A stretch of 64,000 bases of DNA. Source: the human T2T-CHM13v2.0 reference genome, Homo sapiens. Where the stretch lies: the NCBI RefSeq assembly GCF_009914755.1, contig NC_060947.1, one strand, 5' to 3'. Below the pieces are notes generated by a model. It searched no databases and was not told where the DNA came from. It was given only the letters and a program-made list of their open reading frames with translations. Of this stretch, positions 14,133-31,328 are shown in pieces. Position 1 is the first letter of the stretch; every line of letters starts with the position of its first letter. The position numbers and the translations under genes were made by a program.

Positions 14133-15037
14133 TGCTACTGCACCCCAGACCCCAAGTTCTTTGGCGCTTATGTAGGTAGAAATTTACACCAGGCCAAGAT
14201 TTTCTCAGGCAAGGTTTGATAGGCTTGTGCCTCCAGCCCACAAGGGAGCAGCATACAGGAAAGGGATCCCGAGGGAATCAGCTCTTGTCATTTTAAAGAA
14301 GTTGAGGTGGGAAAAGGGACGTTTAGGTGGGGTCCAAGCATGTTTAGGTGGTGTATTAGTCTGTTCTCACGCTGCTAATAAAGACATAACCAAGACTGGG
14401 TAATTTATAAAGGAAAGTGGTTTAATGGACTCATGGTTCCACATGGCTGGGGAGGCCTCACAATCATGGTGGAAGGTGAAGGAAGAGCAAGGACACATCT
14501 TACACGGCAGCAGGCAAGAGAGCTTGTGCAGGGGAACTCCCATTTATAAAACCATCAGATCTCATGAGACTTATTTACTGCCGCAAGAACAGTATGGGGG
14601 AAACCACCCCTATGATTCAATTATCTCCACCTGGCCCTGCCATTGGCACATTGGGATTATTACAATTCAAGCTGAGATTTGGGTGGGGACACAGCCAAAC
14701 CATATCAGGTGCGGTCTTTTCTATGCTTGCATAGTGGGACGTTGTGCTCTAACATGCATTGCATGACCAGAAAATGGCAGATAAGACCCACCTTGGGCAG
14801 AGAGTTAAGTATTACAGTGAAAGTATAATGAAGAAAAAGTTGATGAAAGGTTGGCACTGGAGTCCATCTTGTCTTCAGGCAGCTGAATTTGGTCAGGTCC
14901 TTATTGGGAATGCCAGAGTCTTGCTTAAGCAACCTCAGAAAGCATCACTCAAAGAGATAAATGGTTTGGTTCTTCCTTTTATGGTTAGGAACTCAGCCTG
15001 GTCAGCTAAATTAGGAGAGGTCTCCCTTCCTGCTACA
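14133..15037. mobile_element. ERV1-type LTR (family not determined), host of the THE1 insertion
   Basis: Resembles the LTRs at 47891 and 50567 at its start; boundaries approximate. Confidence 0.4.
14352..14707 (-). mobile_element. THE1 (C/D-type) MaLR solo LTR
   Basis: TGTATTAGTCTGTTCTCACGCTGCTAATAAAGACATA...GGGGACACAGCCAAACCATATCA; TSD GGTGG/GGTGC. Confidence 0.92.
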
Positions 15038-15401
15038 TGACTTGGATCGGTTTGTTAAGGGAGGCAAAAAGGCAGAGGAGGAATATGCTGGGACATGTGA
15101 GGCCACTGGGACCTGGGTTACCAAGCCACCTGTCTGCCAGGACTGAGTTTCTTCCCCATACCACCTCAGTTGGGGGAGAGAAGGATGTTAGAAGTTCCAT
15201 TGTTGAGTAATTCTGGATGGACTCGTAATCCTGATTCACTCAGAAAATATGAAGATAATCTGATTCAAATTTCAAACCTGCTCTGCCATTGCTTTGCTGT
15301 ATGACGAAATCAAAACCTGGAAAAGGGGATTGATATAAGAGACAATGGTGTATAACCAATTCAAAGGTTACACTGAGTATCTGTTAAATTATATAAAATT
15401 G

Positions 15402-15516
15402 TGCTGGATGCAGTGGCACACCCCATGTTCCAGCTACCTGGGAGGATTGCTTGAGCCCAGAAGTTCCTCCTGGGCAACATAGTAAGACACCATCTCTACA
15501 AAAAATTTTTTAATAA
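15402..15516 (+). mobile_element. FLAM-type Alu monomer, internally deleted
   Basis: TSD AAATTATATAAAATTG at 15386-15401 and 15517-15532. Confidence 0.75.
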
Positions 15517-15759
15517 AAATTATATAAAATTGATTAACCTACTTTTAATACTTTTTCTTCTCTCCAACTAATCTTGAATCAGAGGCTTTCAGTAGTCACA
15601 GAACAAGAAGAATTTCCATATTCAAAATGTTACACTTAAAATGTTGGAAATGTTTAGAATATTAAGTGATTAAACAAGCACTATTTCCTTGTTTAATTAC
15701 ATATAGCGTAAAGTGAATATTACCTTCAGATATTCAAATAAAAGACACAAAACACTGAA

Positions 15760-16355
15760 CATAAGGGCAGTCAAGTTTTGATTACCTATATTCATGGGGA
15801 AAAAAAGGTGACCCAAATAATGGAAAATTAGAATATATTTCTGGAAGGAAAGACAAGTGTCAATTCTTCTAAAACTAATATATAAAATCCATTCAAATCA
15901 GCGGGAAGATGAGAATTTTTTAATGCCTGAAACAGTTTTCAAGTTCATATGGAAGAATAAATGTAAGAAAATAAAGCCAAAGAAAAATTAAAGAAAAATG
16001 GTAAGTGGATAGTACACCTTTCCAGATTTAAAACTTACTGTAAAACTCATTGTATAGTATCTGCATAGGAAGAGACAAATAGATGGCAGAACCAAGAATG
16101 GAGAATTCAGAAACAGATTCAAGTAAATATGGAACCTTACTATACAACAAGGATGGTATTGCAATTCATTTTTAAATAAATTGTGCTAGTATAAATGGTT
16201 TTTCATCTGAAAAGAAAAGTTATATCTCTACCTCACATTATATTTTTTTAAATTCCAAATGAGGATTACTGTTTTATGTGTAAAGAGTCTCAAAAATATT
16301 AGAATAAAAGAGAATCAATGGATAACCTTAGAATATGATCACCCTTCCTAAGCAA
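15760..16355 (+). mobile_element. Ancient L1M ORF2 fragment
   Basis: Degenerate AAGTTCATATGGAAG...CCAGATTTAAAACTTACTGTAAA...AGACAAATAGAT. Confidence 0.6.
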
Positions 16356-16663
16356 GACTCTAGTTCCAGTAAAAGCTACCATCTCATCTCACCTGGATTA
16401 CAGCAATAAACTCTTAACAGGCCTGCCTGCATCTACTCGTGTTCCCTATAAAAGATTCCCCACACAAGTGATCTTTAGAAAACCCTGTGCAACTGGACAC
16501 AGCAGGATCTCCTGTGGTTATGTTCTCCTTTCCATCCTTAAAGTTGTATATTTGTGCTTTTTCTCTTTGTTTGTTTTCTTGAACTTTTGGTCTTTGTTTA
16601 GTTTTTTTAAATTGTATCTTTGTTTTCTATTTTATTTTTATTAATGCTTTCTTTATACTTTTA

Positions 16664-17173
16664 TATCCAAGGGAATATAAATTGTTCTATCATAAAGACA
16701 CATGCACAAGTATGCTCATTGCAGCACTATTCACAACAGCAAAGACATGGAATCAACCTAAATGCCCATCAATTCTAGACTGGATAAAGAAAATGTGGTA
16801 CATATACACCATGGAATACTATGCAGCCATAAAAAAAAAAGAATGCGGTCATGTCCTTTGCAGGAACATGGATGGAGCTGGAGGCCATTATCCTTAGCAA
16901 ACCAACGCAAGAACAGAAAACCAAATAACACATGTTCTCACTTTTAAGTGGGAGCTAAATGATGAGCACACATAGACACATAGAGGGGAACAACATACAC
17001 TGGGGCCTACTGGAGGGTGGAGGGTGGAAGGAGGGAGAGGATCAAGAAAAATAACTATTGGTTACTGGGCTTAATACCTGAGTAATGAAACAATCTGAAC
17101 AACAAACCCCTGTGACATGAGTTTACCCATGCAACAACCCTGCACGTGTGTCCCCAAATTTAAAATAAAAGTT
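16664..17173 (+). mobile_element. L1PA (older subfamily) 3' end
   Basis: ORF2 C-terminal KDTC..IAALFT..KTWNQPKCPS..DWIKKMWYIYTMEYYAAIKK and 3' UTR. Confidence 0.9.
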
Positions 17174-17419
17174 AGTAAGTTTTACTGCTGTATTTGGATG
17201 CTTGATTCAAATTTTTAAGCTTTTCTTTCTTTCCAATGTAAGCATTTAAGACTGAAAATTTTCCTTACAGTACCGTTTAACCTGCTTCCTGCAGGTTTTG
17301 TCAGGAAGTATTGTCATCATTAAGTTGTATTTCCATCATAATTTCTTTTTTACTCATGATTATTTAGACATGCTTTAGTTAATTTCCAAACATATGGCTT
17401 TTCAAGACAGTTCTTACTG

Positions 17420-18578
<1,159 letters not shown>

Positions 18579-18582
18579 TTAA

Positions 18583-19012
18583 TGAAAACCAGCCCAATTG
18601 TTCCATAGAACTAATGTTTACAGTTTTTTAAATAAATTTAGAAATTGACCCTCCCTAGTTACAAAACTTGAAACTTACATTTATTGTACCCGCATTCCTT
18701 TCTCAGGAAACCGATCCTCAGGCAAGGAACTAAAACTCACCAGATAACTGCATCCAGACCATGAGATGCCAAACCCTCATCCACCATGATTGCTTCCTTA
18801 CCCCTCCCTGATTCCTGTTTCCCTGCCTTCTCCGCTATACAAAACCCCAATTTTAGTTGGTCAAGGAGACACATTTGAAACTAATCTCCCATTCTCCTTG
18901 GCTGCAGCACCTGATTAAAGCCTTCTTCCCTGACAATACCATAGTCTCAGTGACTGGCTTTCCATGTGGTAAGCAACAAGACCTAGAATGAACCCCTTGC
19001 CTGTTGGTAACA
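18583..19012 (+). mobile_element. ERV1 solo LTR (LTR47/MER72-like)
   Basis: TGAAAACCAGCCCAATTG...GGTAACA with TTAA TSD at 18579-18582 and 19013-19016. Confidence 0.75.
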
Positions 19013-19408
19013 TTAAGCCTGTGTTTTCATGATCAAGGGTTTTTAGTTTTAACGCAGTCCAATCCATCAGTTTGGTAGTGGGAGTGAAAACTGCAACAAG
19101 TTTATAATACAATATAGCATTATCTCTGAAAAGTTGAAGATGAGCTCTGTCATCAGGCTTTTTTTTTTCTCCCAGAAAAACTATTTATCATAGAAAAACT
19201 AATGCACATATATGCTAGGAAATTATATAGCAGTACTATGAAAAGGTAGAAACAACAAATGTCCATTGACAGTAAAATAGAAAAATTAATTATAGCACAT
19301 ACATATAATGGAACAGGATACAGCAACAAAAATTATAACAACATATATCAACTTGGATGAATCTCAAAATTATACTGTTAACTATAAAAATTGATTCTCA
19401 GAAATCTA

Positions 19409-20177
<769 letters not shown>

Positions 20178-20782
20178 TCAAAAGAGTGATTTAAAATTTC
20201 AAAATAACAGCTACCCTTGGTGGGAAAAAAATGCAATTGGGAAGGTGCTCACAGCAACCCTGAGAAGTTTTGGTAGTATTCTAACAGGATGAAGGGGTAC
20301 ACAGGTGTTTCTTTCCTTACTATTTTTGTATTATATAACTGTTACATCTATTCTATGTAAGACTATTTAATAATGAAAGGTTCTTTAATGTCATGCAGCC
20401 ATAAAAGTGATATTGGAAGAGTGAAATATCATGAATACTACGAAGATCTCCATATATGCTTATGTATGCACAGCATATCTGGAAGAATGTAAAAAAGTAA
20501 TAACAATAGTTGTTCTAAAACCTAATTATCTGGTAAGGTTCCATTTGCACCCTCTAGATCCACTTTTTATCCTTCTCCATCCTAGTGCGTGTCCCAGATT
20601 CTTCAAAAGCTACATCAACTGGCTCCCTTGCCCTATAATCGCCAAGTGAGTTCAGCCAATTACAGGCACTAGGGAGAAGAATGAGATTTAAGCATTTATT
20701 CCCCTAGTTCCCTCCTCTACCTGGTGACCAGGATTGTCTAGATGTCCCCCTAAGAAAGGCCACAGCACCTGCTACCTTGACC

Positions 20783-21288
20783 TGTATATCAGTAAGGGTT
20801 CTCCAGAAAACAGAACCAATAGGATATATAGACAGAGAGATTTCTTGTAAGGAATTGGCTGACATGATTATGGAAACTGAGAAGTCCCAAGATCTGCAGG
20901 CAGCAAGCTGGAGATCCAGGAGAGCTGGTGTGTAGTCCCAGTCTGCGTCTGAAAGCCAGAGAACACGGAGAGCCAATGGTGTAAATTCCAACTTGAAAGG
21001 CCACAGTCTTGAGATCCAAGAAGAGCCTATGTTTCAATCCAAGTGCAAAGGCCAGAAAAGACTAGTGTCCCAACTCATGCAGTCAAGCAGGAGGATTTCC
21101 CTCTTACTCAGTGCTTTTGTTTTCTTCGGATCTTCGATTAATTAGATGAGGCCCACCCACATTAGGGAGGGATTCTGCTTCACTCAGTCTACCAATTCAA
21201 ATGTTCATCTCATCCAGATGACACATTCTCACAAATGCACCGAGAATAATGTTTGGCCAAATGTCTGGGCACTCTGTGATCCAATCAC
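20783..21288 (-). mobile_element. MLT2 (HERV-L) solo LTR inside an older LTR33-like element (~20530-21470)
   Basis: AGGGTTCTCCAGAAAACAGAACCAATAGGA...GGAATTGGCTGACATGATTATGG...GATGAGGCCCACCCACATTAGGGAGGG. Confidence 0.82.
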
Positions 21289-21616
21289 CTTTTCCTGTAG
21301 CTATAGCTACTCTCTCCGGGTCCTGGTAACCACTCTTTCACCTTGCCCATACAAGTCTAGAATGTTACTTCACTTTACCTTGTTTTCCTGAGCCCATACC
21401 ATTGTAAATAGTCCCTTAGGTAATCATTGTTCTATTATCCTATTTGAGTATGACACCTGTTTCCTGCTGACCCCGATTTATACTCTTATTTTTAAATATT
21501 ACTAGCTATACTTAAAATGTCTAAAGTATAATAAGTTCTATGAGCTTATGGGTGAAAAGCTTTTTCAAATACAATGCAATCATAGGGCATTCACATGATC
21601 AGAAGATCTTCAATAC

Positions 21617-21620
<4 letters not shown>

Positions 21621-21675
<55 letters not shown>
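21621..21675. repeat. (CT)n microsatellite
   Basis: About 27 perfect TC units. Confidence 0.97.
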
Positions 21676-21679
<4 letters not shown>

Positions 21680-22809
21680 ATCCCTCCCTCCCTCTCTCTC
21701 CCTGGCTCTCCAGTCAGAGCTTCCAAGTGAAACCACAGCAGGGGACCAGAGGACACCTCAAATGCTAATAACCTCAAAAGCACTTAATGTCCATGGTATC
21801 TGGCCCAAGATGTTTGAACTGTGGTCTGGCCTCATCATCTCCTCCAGGACACAGCTGGCCACAGGCAGTCCAACACAATGTTTAAAATTCAAAATGTGAA
21901 ACTCAGAATAATGAAGCCATCTGGTCCATATTATGTTGTCCAACAATTATAAGTAATGTGAGCTATAAATACAACAAGCGAAAGGAAGCAAACAAGAGAC
22001 CATTAATCAATACAGACAATTTGCACAAGATATGATGACTCAAGTGTATTTACACAAACACAGAAATTCCTTTTTCAGGAGAATCTTTACAAACAGTGAA
22101 CCAAAACAGGCTGAAACTGAAAAATAGGACCTGCCAATGCTCTTTGGTCAAAGAACTTCTCTGAAGTAATAAAAGCCTGCGTGCAATTTCACACAGAGAA
22201 TCTTGATGTGGCATTTCATAACACAGAGTTACAGATGAAAGGAAACAGGACCAGTCTCGGTTCAGAACCCAGAGTAACTTCACGAGGGTAACAACATAAG
22301 GACACTCTAGTGAGAGGACCCTAAGAAACCAGTAACATTTGTCATTAGCCCCACTCATGAAACTTGTAGGAACTCAGGTAGGAAAATTAACAACCAAAAT
22401 GGCTTCACTCTAGTTCTGTACAGCCAACAGTCTCCTCACCTCTCTGATTATCCCAGACTCACCTCATACTCCATAGATCTCACACTGGACAAATACTCCT
22501 CTCTTCCCAATCCATAACTTTTCTTGTATCTTAGGCTACTAACATGAGCAATTGAATGGATAACGATGCAGTCTATTGAGAAAGGAAACACATCTAAACC
22601 ACATGGTTGATTTCTCAGAAGAAGGGGGAGTATAGTCGAATGGATTATATTTTTCTCAAGTCTTCCTTCCCTTCCTTTTCCAGGGTTTGCTGTGGGCCAA
22701 GAATAAATCCCAACCCTCATTTATTTGGGGCTTGGTCCTGTGGTTTGCTTTAGCCGCAAATTAAAGCTTTAGCTTTAATTGTGCTTGCGAGGTTTAGCTT
22801 GGTCTCTTT

Positions 22810-23030
22810 TCTGCCTTTCTGCCATTAGCCACAAGAACTTGCTGTGGGTAGCCACTGATGATATATGGAGCAGACCAGAAACCAACCTGCAGCCAGAAGC
22901 CACGTGCTGCAAAGCCGAAACCACCTGCAGACCCATAAGTAAGAAATAAATGTTTGCTTTTGTAAGCCATTGAGATTTGGGAGGTTAGTTGTTATGTACC
23001 ATTAGCACAGCAGAAACCTGACTAATACAG
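22810..23030 (+). mobile_element. MLT1-type LTR 3' part
   Basis: GAAATAAATGTTTGCTTTTGTAAGCCATTGAGATTTGG...CTGACTAATACA. Confidence 0.65.
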
Positions 23031-23100
23031 GTTTCTTCCCTGCTCTGGAAAAACAAAACAATAAATATATCCCACAGTCTATCCTTGGTAGTTCAGCGCG

Positions 23101-23124
23101 CACACACACACACACACACACACA
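23101..23124. repeat. (CA)n microsatellite
   Basis: CA run. Confidence 0.9.
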
Positions 23125-23678
23125 CCTTTATTCCTGTGCACACATTTGAAAAATGCTACCACCTAATACAGTACAGCTATCTCACATACAGCCAAAAATG
23201 AACTGACCCCCTCTCCATTAGGAGACAACCCAAATTCACAGCCAGTCTCCCATTCAGCTCGCGAGTAAAGGATCTTTTGGTGATGTCCATGTCTCAGGCA
23301 AGATGAGATGTGTCTTCTCATGATCTTGCAATTTGTGGGCTGAATGTTACCCCAATGTACAGTGTGAGGAGTGGGGGCCAAAAATGTTCAGTAAAAGGAA
23401 AAGCAATGAACATGATCCTTTTGGACCATTTTCTGTAAATGTCCACTTGTTGACTTACTTCCCTAGCCATGGAGAAAGGTTCTTGGTCAACTCACGTTGT
23501 GCCCATTGGATTTTTATTACCCAGGGTCCTCCAAGGCCCCACCTGAGAGAGGCAGTGGGGAAGATTCCCTGCTGGGCACTATATCACCTTAGCAGCCCAC
23601 TTTCTAAGAGAGCATGACTGACAGGCCCTTGACATGAACATCATTGGCCAGGGTGTATATTTTCTTAATAAAACCATA

Positions 23679-23806
23679 GCTAGGCATGGTGGTTCGCACC
23701 TGTGGCCCCAGCTACCTGGGAGGCTGAGGCTGGAGAATTGCTTGAGCTCAGGAGTTTGAGACCACCTCGACAACATAGCGAGACCCCCATCTCTAGAAGA
23801 AAAAAG
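23679..23806 (+). mobile_element. FLAM Alu monomer
   Basis: TSD TCTTAATAAAACCATA/TCTTAATGAAACCATA. Confidence 0.82.
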
Positions 23807-24494
23807 TCTTAATGAAACCATACATCAGTCTCATTCTCTGCTGTCACATGGACCATCCTGAGCCAAAGCTTAGCTCTCCCTCTTGAAGCACCTCGAGAAA
23901 GGCAGAAAGACATAGCCTAGGCTGGGAAACATCCTTACATTTCTATAGGCAGGCACACAGTCCCAGGAGGAAACAAGCCATAGACTGATCAACAGTTTTG
24001 GTGCCCTTTATTATTATAGCAAAATGGGGGCTCTGCCATTCACCACAACTCATTTCACATTCTAGGGTCTGTTGCTTGCAAAATCCCTCTTCTAGTTACA
24101 AATTTCTGACTTAATAAACATTCTTTTGGTTGCTGGAAAACAAAAAACCAATGCTAGCAATAAGCACTAAAGAAAGGCAGGGGCTGCAGGGAGATTCACT
24201 GGAAGGACACTGAGGAAGCTCACACAATCCAAGGGAAGTGAACAATCAAGCTGTGGAAGACAGAAACCATGGCCTGAGCAACCAGAGTTCATGGACCTTT
24301 TGCCCAGGGCTGTATGATCAACAAGGTCACAGAGAGTGCTCAATCTAAAATGTCTCCTTGAGCTGTGAATTCACAATGTAGTTGGATTAGATGATCTGGC
24401 AGAGTCTGACCTGAACGATGTGTGCACTCATCCTCCGAAATTGAGGCAAGGAACACACCATGTTCATCCTTTATTTTTCAGACAGATTTTAATC

Positions 24495-24800
24495 TTTTTT
24501 TTTTTTTTTTTTTTTTTGAGACAGAGTCTTGCTCTGTCGCCCAGGCTGGAGTGCAGTGGCTCGATCTCGGCTCACTGCAACCTCCGCCTTCTGGGTTCAA
24601 GCAATTCTCTGCCTCAGCCTCCTGAGTAGCTGGGATTACAAGCACCCACCACCACACCTGGCTAATTTTTTTTTGTATTTTTAGTAGAGACGGGGTTTCA
24701 CCATCTTGGCCAGGCTGGTCTTGAACTCCTGACCTCGTGATCCACCCACCTTGGCCTCCCAAAGTGCTGGGATTACAGGCGTGAGCCACTGTGCCCGGCC
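24495..24800 (-). mobile_element. AluSg-type
   Basis: Full dimer, CCTGACCTCGTGATCC, poly-T. Confidence 0.88.
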
Positions 24801-24899
24801 AATCTTTTAAGCCAATTAAAAGAAATTTAAGAGACAGATCAACCAAATGTAAGACAAAACCTAGAATAGATCCTGGTTCAAAAAGCCAACTGTAAAAAA

Positions 24900-24946
24900 T
24901 ATATATATATATATACATATTTATATATATATATATATATATATAT
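24900..24946. repeat. (TA)n microsatellite
   Basis: TA run. Confidence 0.9.
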
Positions 24947-25026
24947 GAGACAGGGAAGCGTGAACACTGATTGGCTCTTTGATTATTTTAAGGAATCACT
25001 AGGCGTTTTAAAATGTATATATATAC

Positions 25027-25332
25027 TTTTTTTTTCTTTTTTTTTTTTTTGAGACGGTGTTTTGCTCTGTTGCCCAGGCTGGAGTGCAGTGGCACAATCT
25101 CGGCTCACTGCAAGCTCCGCCCCCCGGGGTTCATGCCATTCTCCTGCCTCAGCCTCCCTAGTAGCTGGGACTACAGGCTCCCACCACCATGCCCAGCTAA
25201 TTGTTTGTATTTTTAGTAGAGACGGGGTTTCACTGTGTTAGCCAGGATGGTCTCGATCTCCTGACCTCGTGATCTGCCCACCTCGGCCTCCCAAAGTGCT
25301 GGGATTACAGGCGTGGGCCACCGCGCCCGGCC
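25027..25332 (-). mobile_element. AluY
   Basis: CTGCAAGCTCCGCC, GTTAGCCAGGATGGTCTCGATCTC. Confidence 0.92.
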
Positions 25333-25479
25333 TAGGCATTTTAACATATATAATAACAGTATGGCGGTTATATTTATTCTCTAGAGATACATATTGAAAT
25401 ATTTACAGATGAAATGATGTCTAGGATTTCCTACACATAATCCAGGTAGCAGTCGAAGTAGGTGAGGGTATAGAACAGT

Positions 25480-25660
25480 CAGTGGTTCTCAAAGTGTATT
25501 CCCCAGAGAGCAGTATAAGCATCTCCTGGGGACTTGTGAGAAATGCAAATTCTTAAGCCCCAACCCAGATCCATAAAATCAGAAAATCTGAGGGTGGGAC
25601 CTTGCAATCTGTATTTTAACAGAACCTCCAGATAATTCTGATGCACACTCAACTTTGAAT
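25480..25660. mobile_element. MER5A hAT DNA transposon
   Basis: CAGTGGTTCTCAAAGTG...GAAATGCAAATTCTTAAGCCCC...ATTCTGATGCACACTCAACTTTGA. Confidence 0.85.
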
Positions 25661-26158
25661 TACACTTGCATATATAAAACAAGAGTGCTGTGAGTTAAGG
25701 GTTTATTGTACATTCATTTTATTTTTGTGTAATGTTGTAAAGTTTCCATAGTAAAAAGATTTGTTACTTAAAAAAAAAATTAGTACTATAGCTGAGAAAG
25801 ATTTATTACTTTTAAAGATGGGTCTTAAGTTTACATTTCTATCATTTTATTATCACTTTAGATTCTTTGTTTGTTGAAAAAATACAGGTTCACTATACAA
25901 ATTTGGAAGAAAAATAAATTATCCTTAATCTTACCATGCAACTATAAACACTAATAACATTTTCTTTTACATCAGTCCTGTCTTTGTTTTATGCAAGTAT
26001 ACACGGGCTAATATTATACACTACTGTGAGTTAACCTTTTTGTTTAGCTTAATATTATAGATATTTTCTACAACTTATGTGTTTTGTTTCTTTTCTCTTT
26101 TTTGTCATTTCTACCAATTAGATGGTCTAGAAAACCAGTATCTGTTATACATATTTCT

Positions 26159-26458
<300 letters not shown>

Positions 26459-26554
26459 TGTTATACATATTTCTATTTGTAGTCTCAGGATCCAGCAATT
26501 GTAAATACTTTATAAATGTTAAAATTCCTAGTTCAGTTCTTCTCTCTCAAAACA

Positions 26555-26995
<441 letters not shown>

Positions 26996-27016
26996 TACAT
27001 ACATACATATATATAT

Positions 27017-27047
<31 letters not shown>
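26996..27047. repeat. Compound (TACA)(TA)(CA) microsatellite
   Basis: Seen directly. Confidence 0.9.
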
Positions 27048-27684
27048 TTTTAAAGTCTGGAAGTCAAAAAGGAAAAAACAAAGGTTAAGAAGAAGCAGTG
27101 CACAAAGGTAGAAATCAGAATGGCTAACATCACCAGCAATCAGAAATGTCAATTAAAACAATAATTTGACACCACTTTGCACCCATTAGACGGGCAAAAA
27201 GTAGAAAGGTGGATAATGCTTGGCAAATACATGGGGACCTGGGACCCTGCTGACATAGACAGGCTGGTGCAGCCACTTTCCTTTTCTGGAACTGACTGGT
27301 CTTGGCTAAGTTAAGTGTGCCTATTCCCATGGCCCAGCAATTCCACTGCTGGATATGTGTATTCCAAAGAAACTCACACATAGCTCCATTAGGGCATGTG
27401 TTCAAGGATAGTCTTTGTTTGTGGTAGCAGGAAGGTGGAGGCAACTCGCAGAATACATAAGTAAAAGGTGATGGGTCTAGACTAAGGAATGCAGCACCCC
27501 AAAGCAATGAGCTAAATGTACATATAGCAATGGGGTAGACTTAAAACGTGGTGTTGAGTGATAATAATAAAGCATATAATAAGAATCATAGCACAGTGCC
27601 ATTTTGGTAAATAGAACACAAATATGTGCACAAAACAACACTATCAATATTTCAGGGACATTATCTTTTCAAGAACATGGTGGG

Positions 27685-27969
27685 CGCTGGGCACAGTGGC
27701 TCACACCTGTAATCCCAACACTTTGGGAAGCCAAGACAGGAGGACTGCTTGAAGCCAGGAGTCCAGGACCAGCCTGGGCAACAGAGTGAGAACTTGTCTC
27801 TATAAAAAATTTAAAAATTGGCCAGGCATGGTGGTACACACCTGGAGTCCCAACTACCTGGAAAGCTGAGGCGGGAAGATCACTTGAGCCTAGGAGTTCA
27901 AGGCTGCAGTGATCTGTTATACCATTGTACTCAAGCCTTGGTGACAAAAGTGAGACTCTGTCTCAAAAG
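27685..27969 (+). mobile_element. AluJ
   Basis: Diverged dimer, GAGTTCAAGGCTGCAGTGA. Confidence 0.85.
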
Positions 27970-27980
27970 AAAAGAGCATG

Positions 27981-28374
<394 letters not shown>

Positions 28375-28381
28375 TCAGAGA

Positions 28382-28678
28382 TTTTTTTTTTTTTTTGAGA
28401 CGGAGTCTCGCTCTGTCGCCCAGGCTGGAGCGCAGTGGCGCGATCTCGGCTCACTGCAAGCTCCGCCTCCCGGGTTTATGCCATTTTCCTGCCTCAGCCT
28501 CCTGAGTAGCTGGGACTACAGCCACCCGCCACCATGCCCAGCTAATTTGTTGTATTTTTAGTAGAGACAGGGTTTCACCATGTTAGCCAGGATGGTCTTG
28601 AACTCCTGACCTCATGATCCGCCCACCTTGGCCTCCCAACGTGCTGGGATTACAGGCGTGAGCCACCACGACGGGCCC
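28382..28678 (-). mobile_element. AluY
   Basis: CTGCAAGCTCCGCCTCCCGGG, GTTAGCCAGGATGG. Confidence 0.88.
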
Positions 28679-30015
28679 GATTTTTTTTTTAATTAAATAA
28701 ATAACACAGTCAAATATTTTACTGATTCACTCTGGGTGATTCTTAAAAAAAAAAAAAGAAATGTAGAAAAAGAAAAAAAAGTTCACCCATGTTCCCCACC
28801 ACTCAAAGATAACCATTGTTAATATTTTCTAATGTTTTCTCAATGGAATGCTTTTTAAAGTTATTTTACATAGCTATTTTACATACAGGTGATTTATACT
28901 TCTACTACTTTTTATATAGCTATGTTACATATAAGTTATTTATAGTTTTCCCACTTTGTTTTTGTTTACTGTCATAAAATAGGATTTCTTAAGGTTAAAT
29001 AAGCTATGGCAAAGGGGCTTAAAAAGTGTTCAGCAGCCGGATTTGCTGACTTGCATAAGGTCACTTGCAGGTATGTTTTAGGGGGAAATAAAGATGCCTT
29101 ATGAAAAAAAAAGACATTTCAGTTATTTAACGAGTGTACACCATGATGTTTACCTTCTTCACTATTTTCTTTTCACATCAGAAGAGTTATTGCTTTAAAA
29201 ATACCCTCAGGTGTGGACAATAAATAAATTATCTTGATTGGCTTGCCAATTTATAAGCATTCAGCATTTTCCCACAGCTGTGGAATCCTACCAACAGCAG
29301 TTTTGCCTTCACAATAAACCTATTCCTAGGGCTTAAACTCTAAGTAGTTTAACCCCTAAAGTGCTGTCATGGCTGCCTTCCTGAGGGGCATAAGAGTAAA
29401 GCTGCAATTGAGGAAGCCACGAAAACAGGGTAAAACAAACCAAAACATCTTAAGTGTTTACCCGACTTGTGCTGTATTTCTAAGTGGTATTCTAGGTTAC
29501 ATATTATTTTTCCTATGATGCACCTTCTGAATTCTTATTTCTGCCTGGAGCCAGAATTCAGTTTAAGCTAGGCTGTTTCTATAAGACCAGAAAGATACCA
29601 AGAGCAAATAATTGCCATTTCAAAACCAGCCAATTCATATTGTATGGCTTCAGATTAAATGAAGAGAAAATAGAAACATACTACCACACTCAGATCAAGA
29701 AGATGCTGTGATATAGGAGGCTGACTTTTATCCAAATCATTTCAGTAGTTTTCCAGGGCAGCCACCTTGGCCAGGCAATTTGCTCTTCTCTGGGCCAGTG
29801 GTATCATGTTTGAGGACTAAGCCCATCTCTCTTAAATAAAAAGGTATCACTTCTCCATGAAGTGGGCTTTGGCTACCAGATCCTTGGTGAATCCCGGGTT
29901 TGCAAGATGTAACCCAGAAGTTAGGTTATTCTTGCCTTCATATTCCCCTAATCAATAAAGAGAAATAACATTATATATGTACTTCATAGTGTTACTAACA
30001 ATGTATTCTGGATAC

Positions 30016-30374
30016 TGTGTTAGTTTGGGCTGCTGTAATGAAAATATCATAGGCTGGATGGCTTAAACAACAGAAATTTATTTCTCTCATTCCTGGAGGC
30101 TGGGAAGTTCAAGATCAAGGTGCCAGCAGATCTGGTGTCTGGTGAAGCCTCTCTTTCTGGTTTGCAGATAGCCACCTTGCCCCTGTGTCCTCACATGGCA
30201 GAAAATGATCATCTCTCCTGCGTCTCTTCTTATAGAGGCATTAATGCCATCATAAGGGCTCCATCCTCGTGACCTAATTACCTCTCAAAAGCCCCACCTC
30301 CAAATGCCGTCACATTGGGGATTAGGATTCAACACTTGAATCTGGGAGGGGACACACACATTCAGTCCATAGCA
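30016..30374 (-). mobile_element. MLT1A-type MaLR solo LTR
   Basis: TG...CA, GGCTTAAACAACAGAAATTTATTTCTC, ends ATTCAGTCCATAGCA; TSD GATAC/GACAC. Confidence 0.88.
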
Positions 30375-30943
30375 GACACCAGGCTTCCTACTTCCGTGGG
30401 ACCAGCCACATGGTCTGGCATACCAGAGAGAATGTCCTCTTTCTTGAGGTCAACAGACCCAGACTGTATACCAAATGTAAAACAAACTTCCAATAAATGT
30501 CAAATATCACTTCTAAATAAAGAAAGACATCATTTACATAGACACTTGAATGACTTTCTACTCTACAATTATGGTTTGCCTTGTTAACTTGACATATTAA
30601 AACAACTTTGATTGGATTATTAACATTAGGAACTCCCCACTTGCTGCAGGCTTGCTAGGTTACTATTATTCTCTTTTAGCTTAGAAAAAAATTACACTAA
30701 TATACAATTATTTATTATCAAGCCAGAAGTAGCCAGGAATCAGGAGAGCCATGGAAAGGGGTTCTTGTGCAATTTACAAATTTAATAAATGCTGAAAGTG
30801 CCAAAATTGTTATTATAGAATCCTTTCATAAACAATGTCACAATTCCACAAATCTACCAATCTATACCTAGGTTGGAGTAAATCATTCTTGTGCATGTCC
30901 ACGTGTATGTGAGAAGCTACACAGCTTTTCTCAGTAATACTGA

Positions 30944-31328
<385 letters not shown>

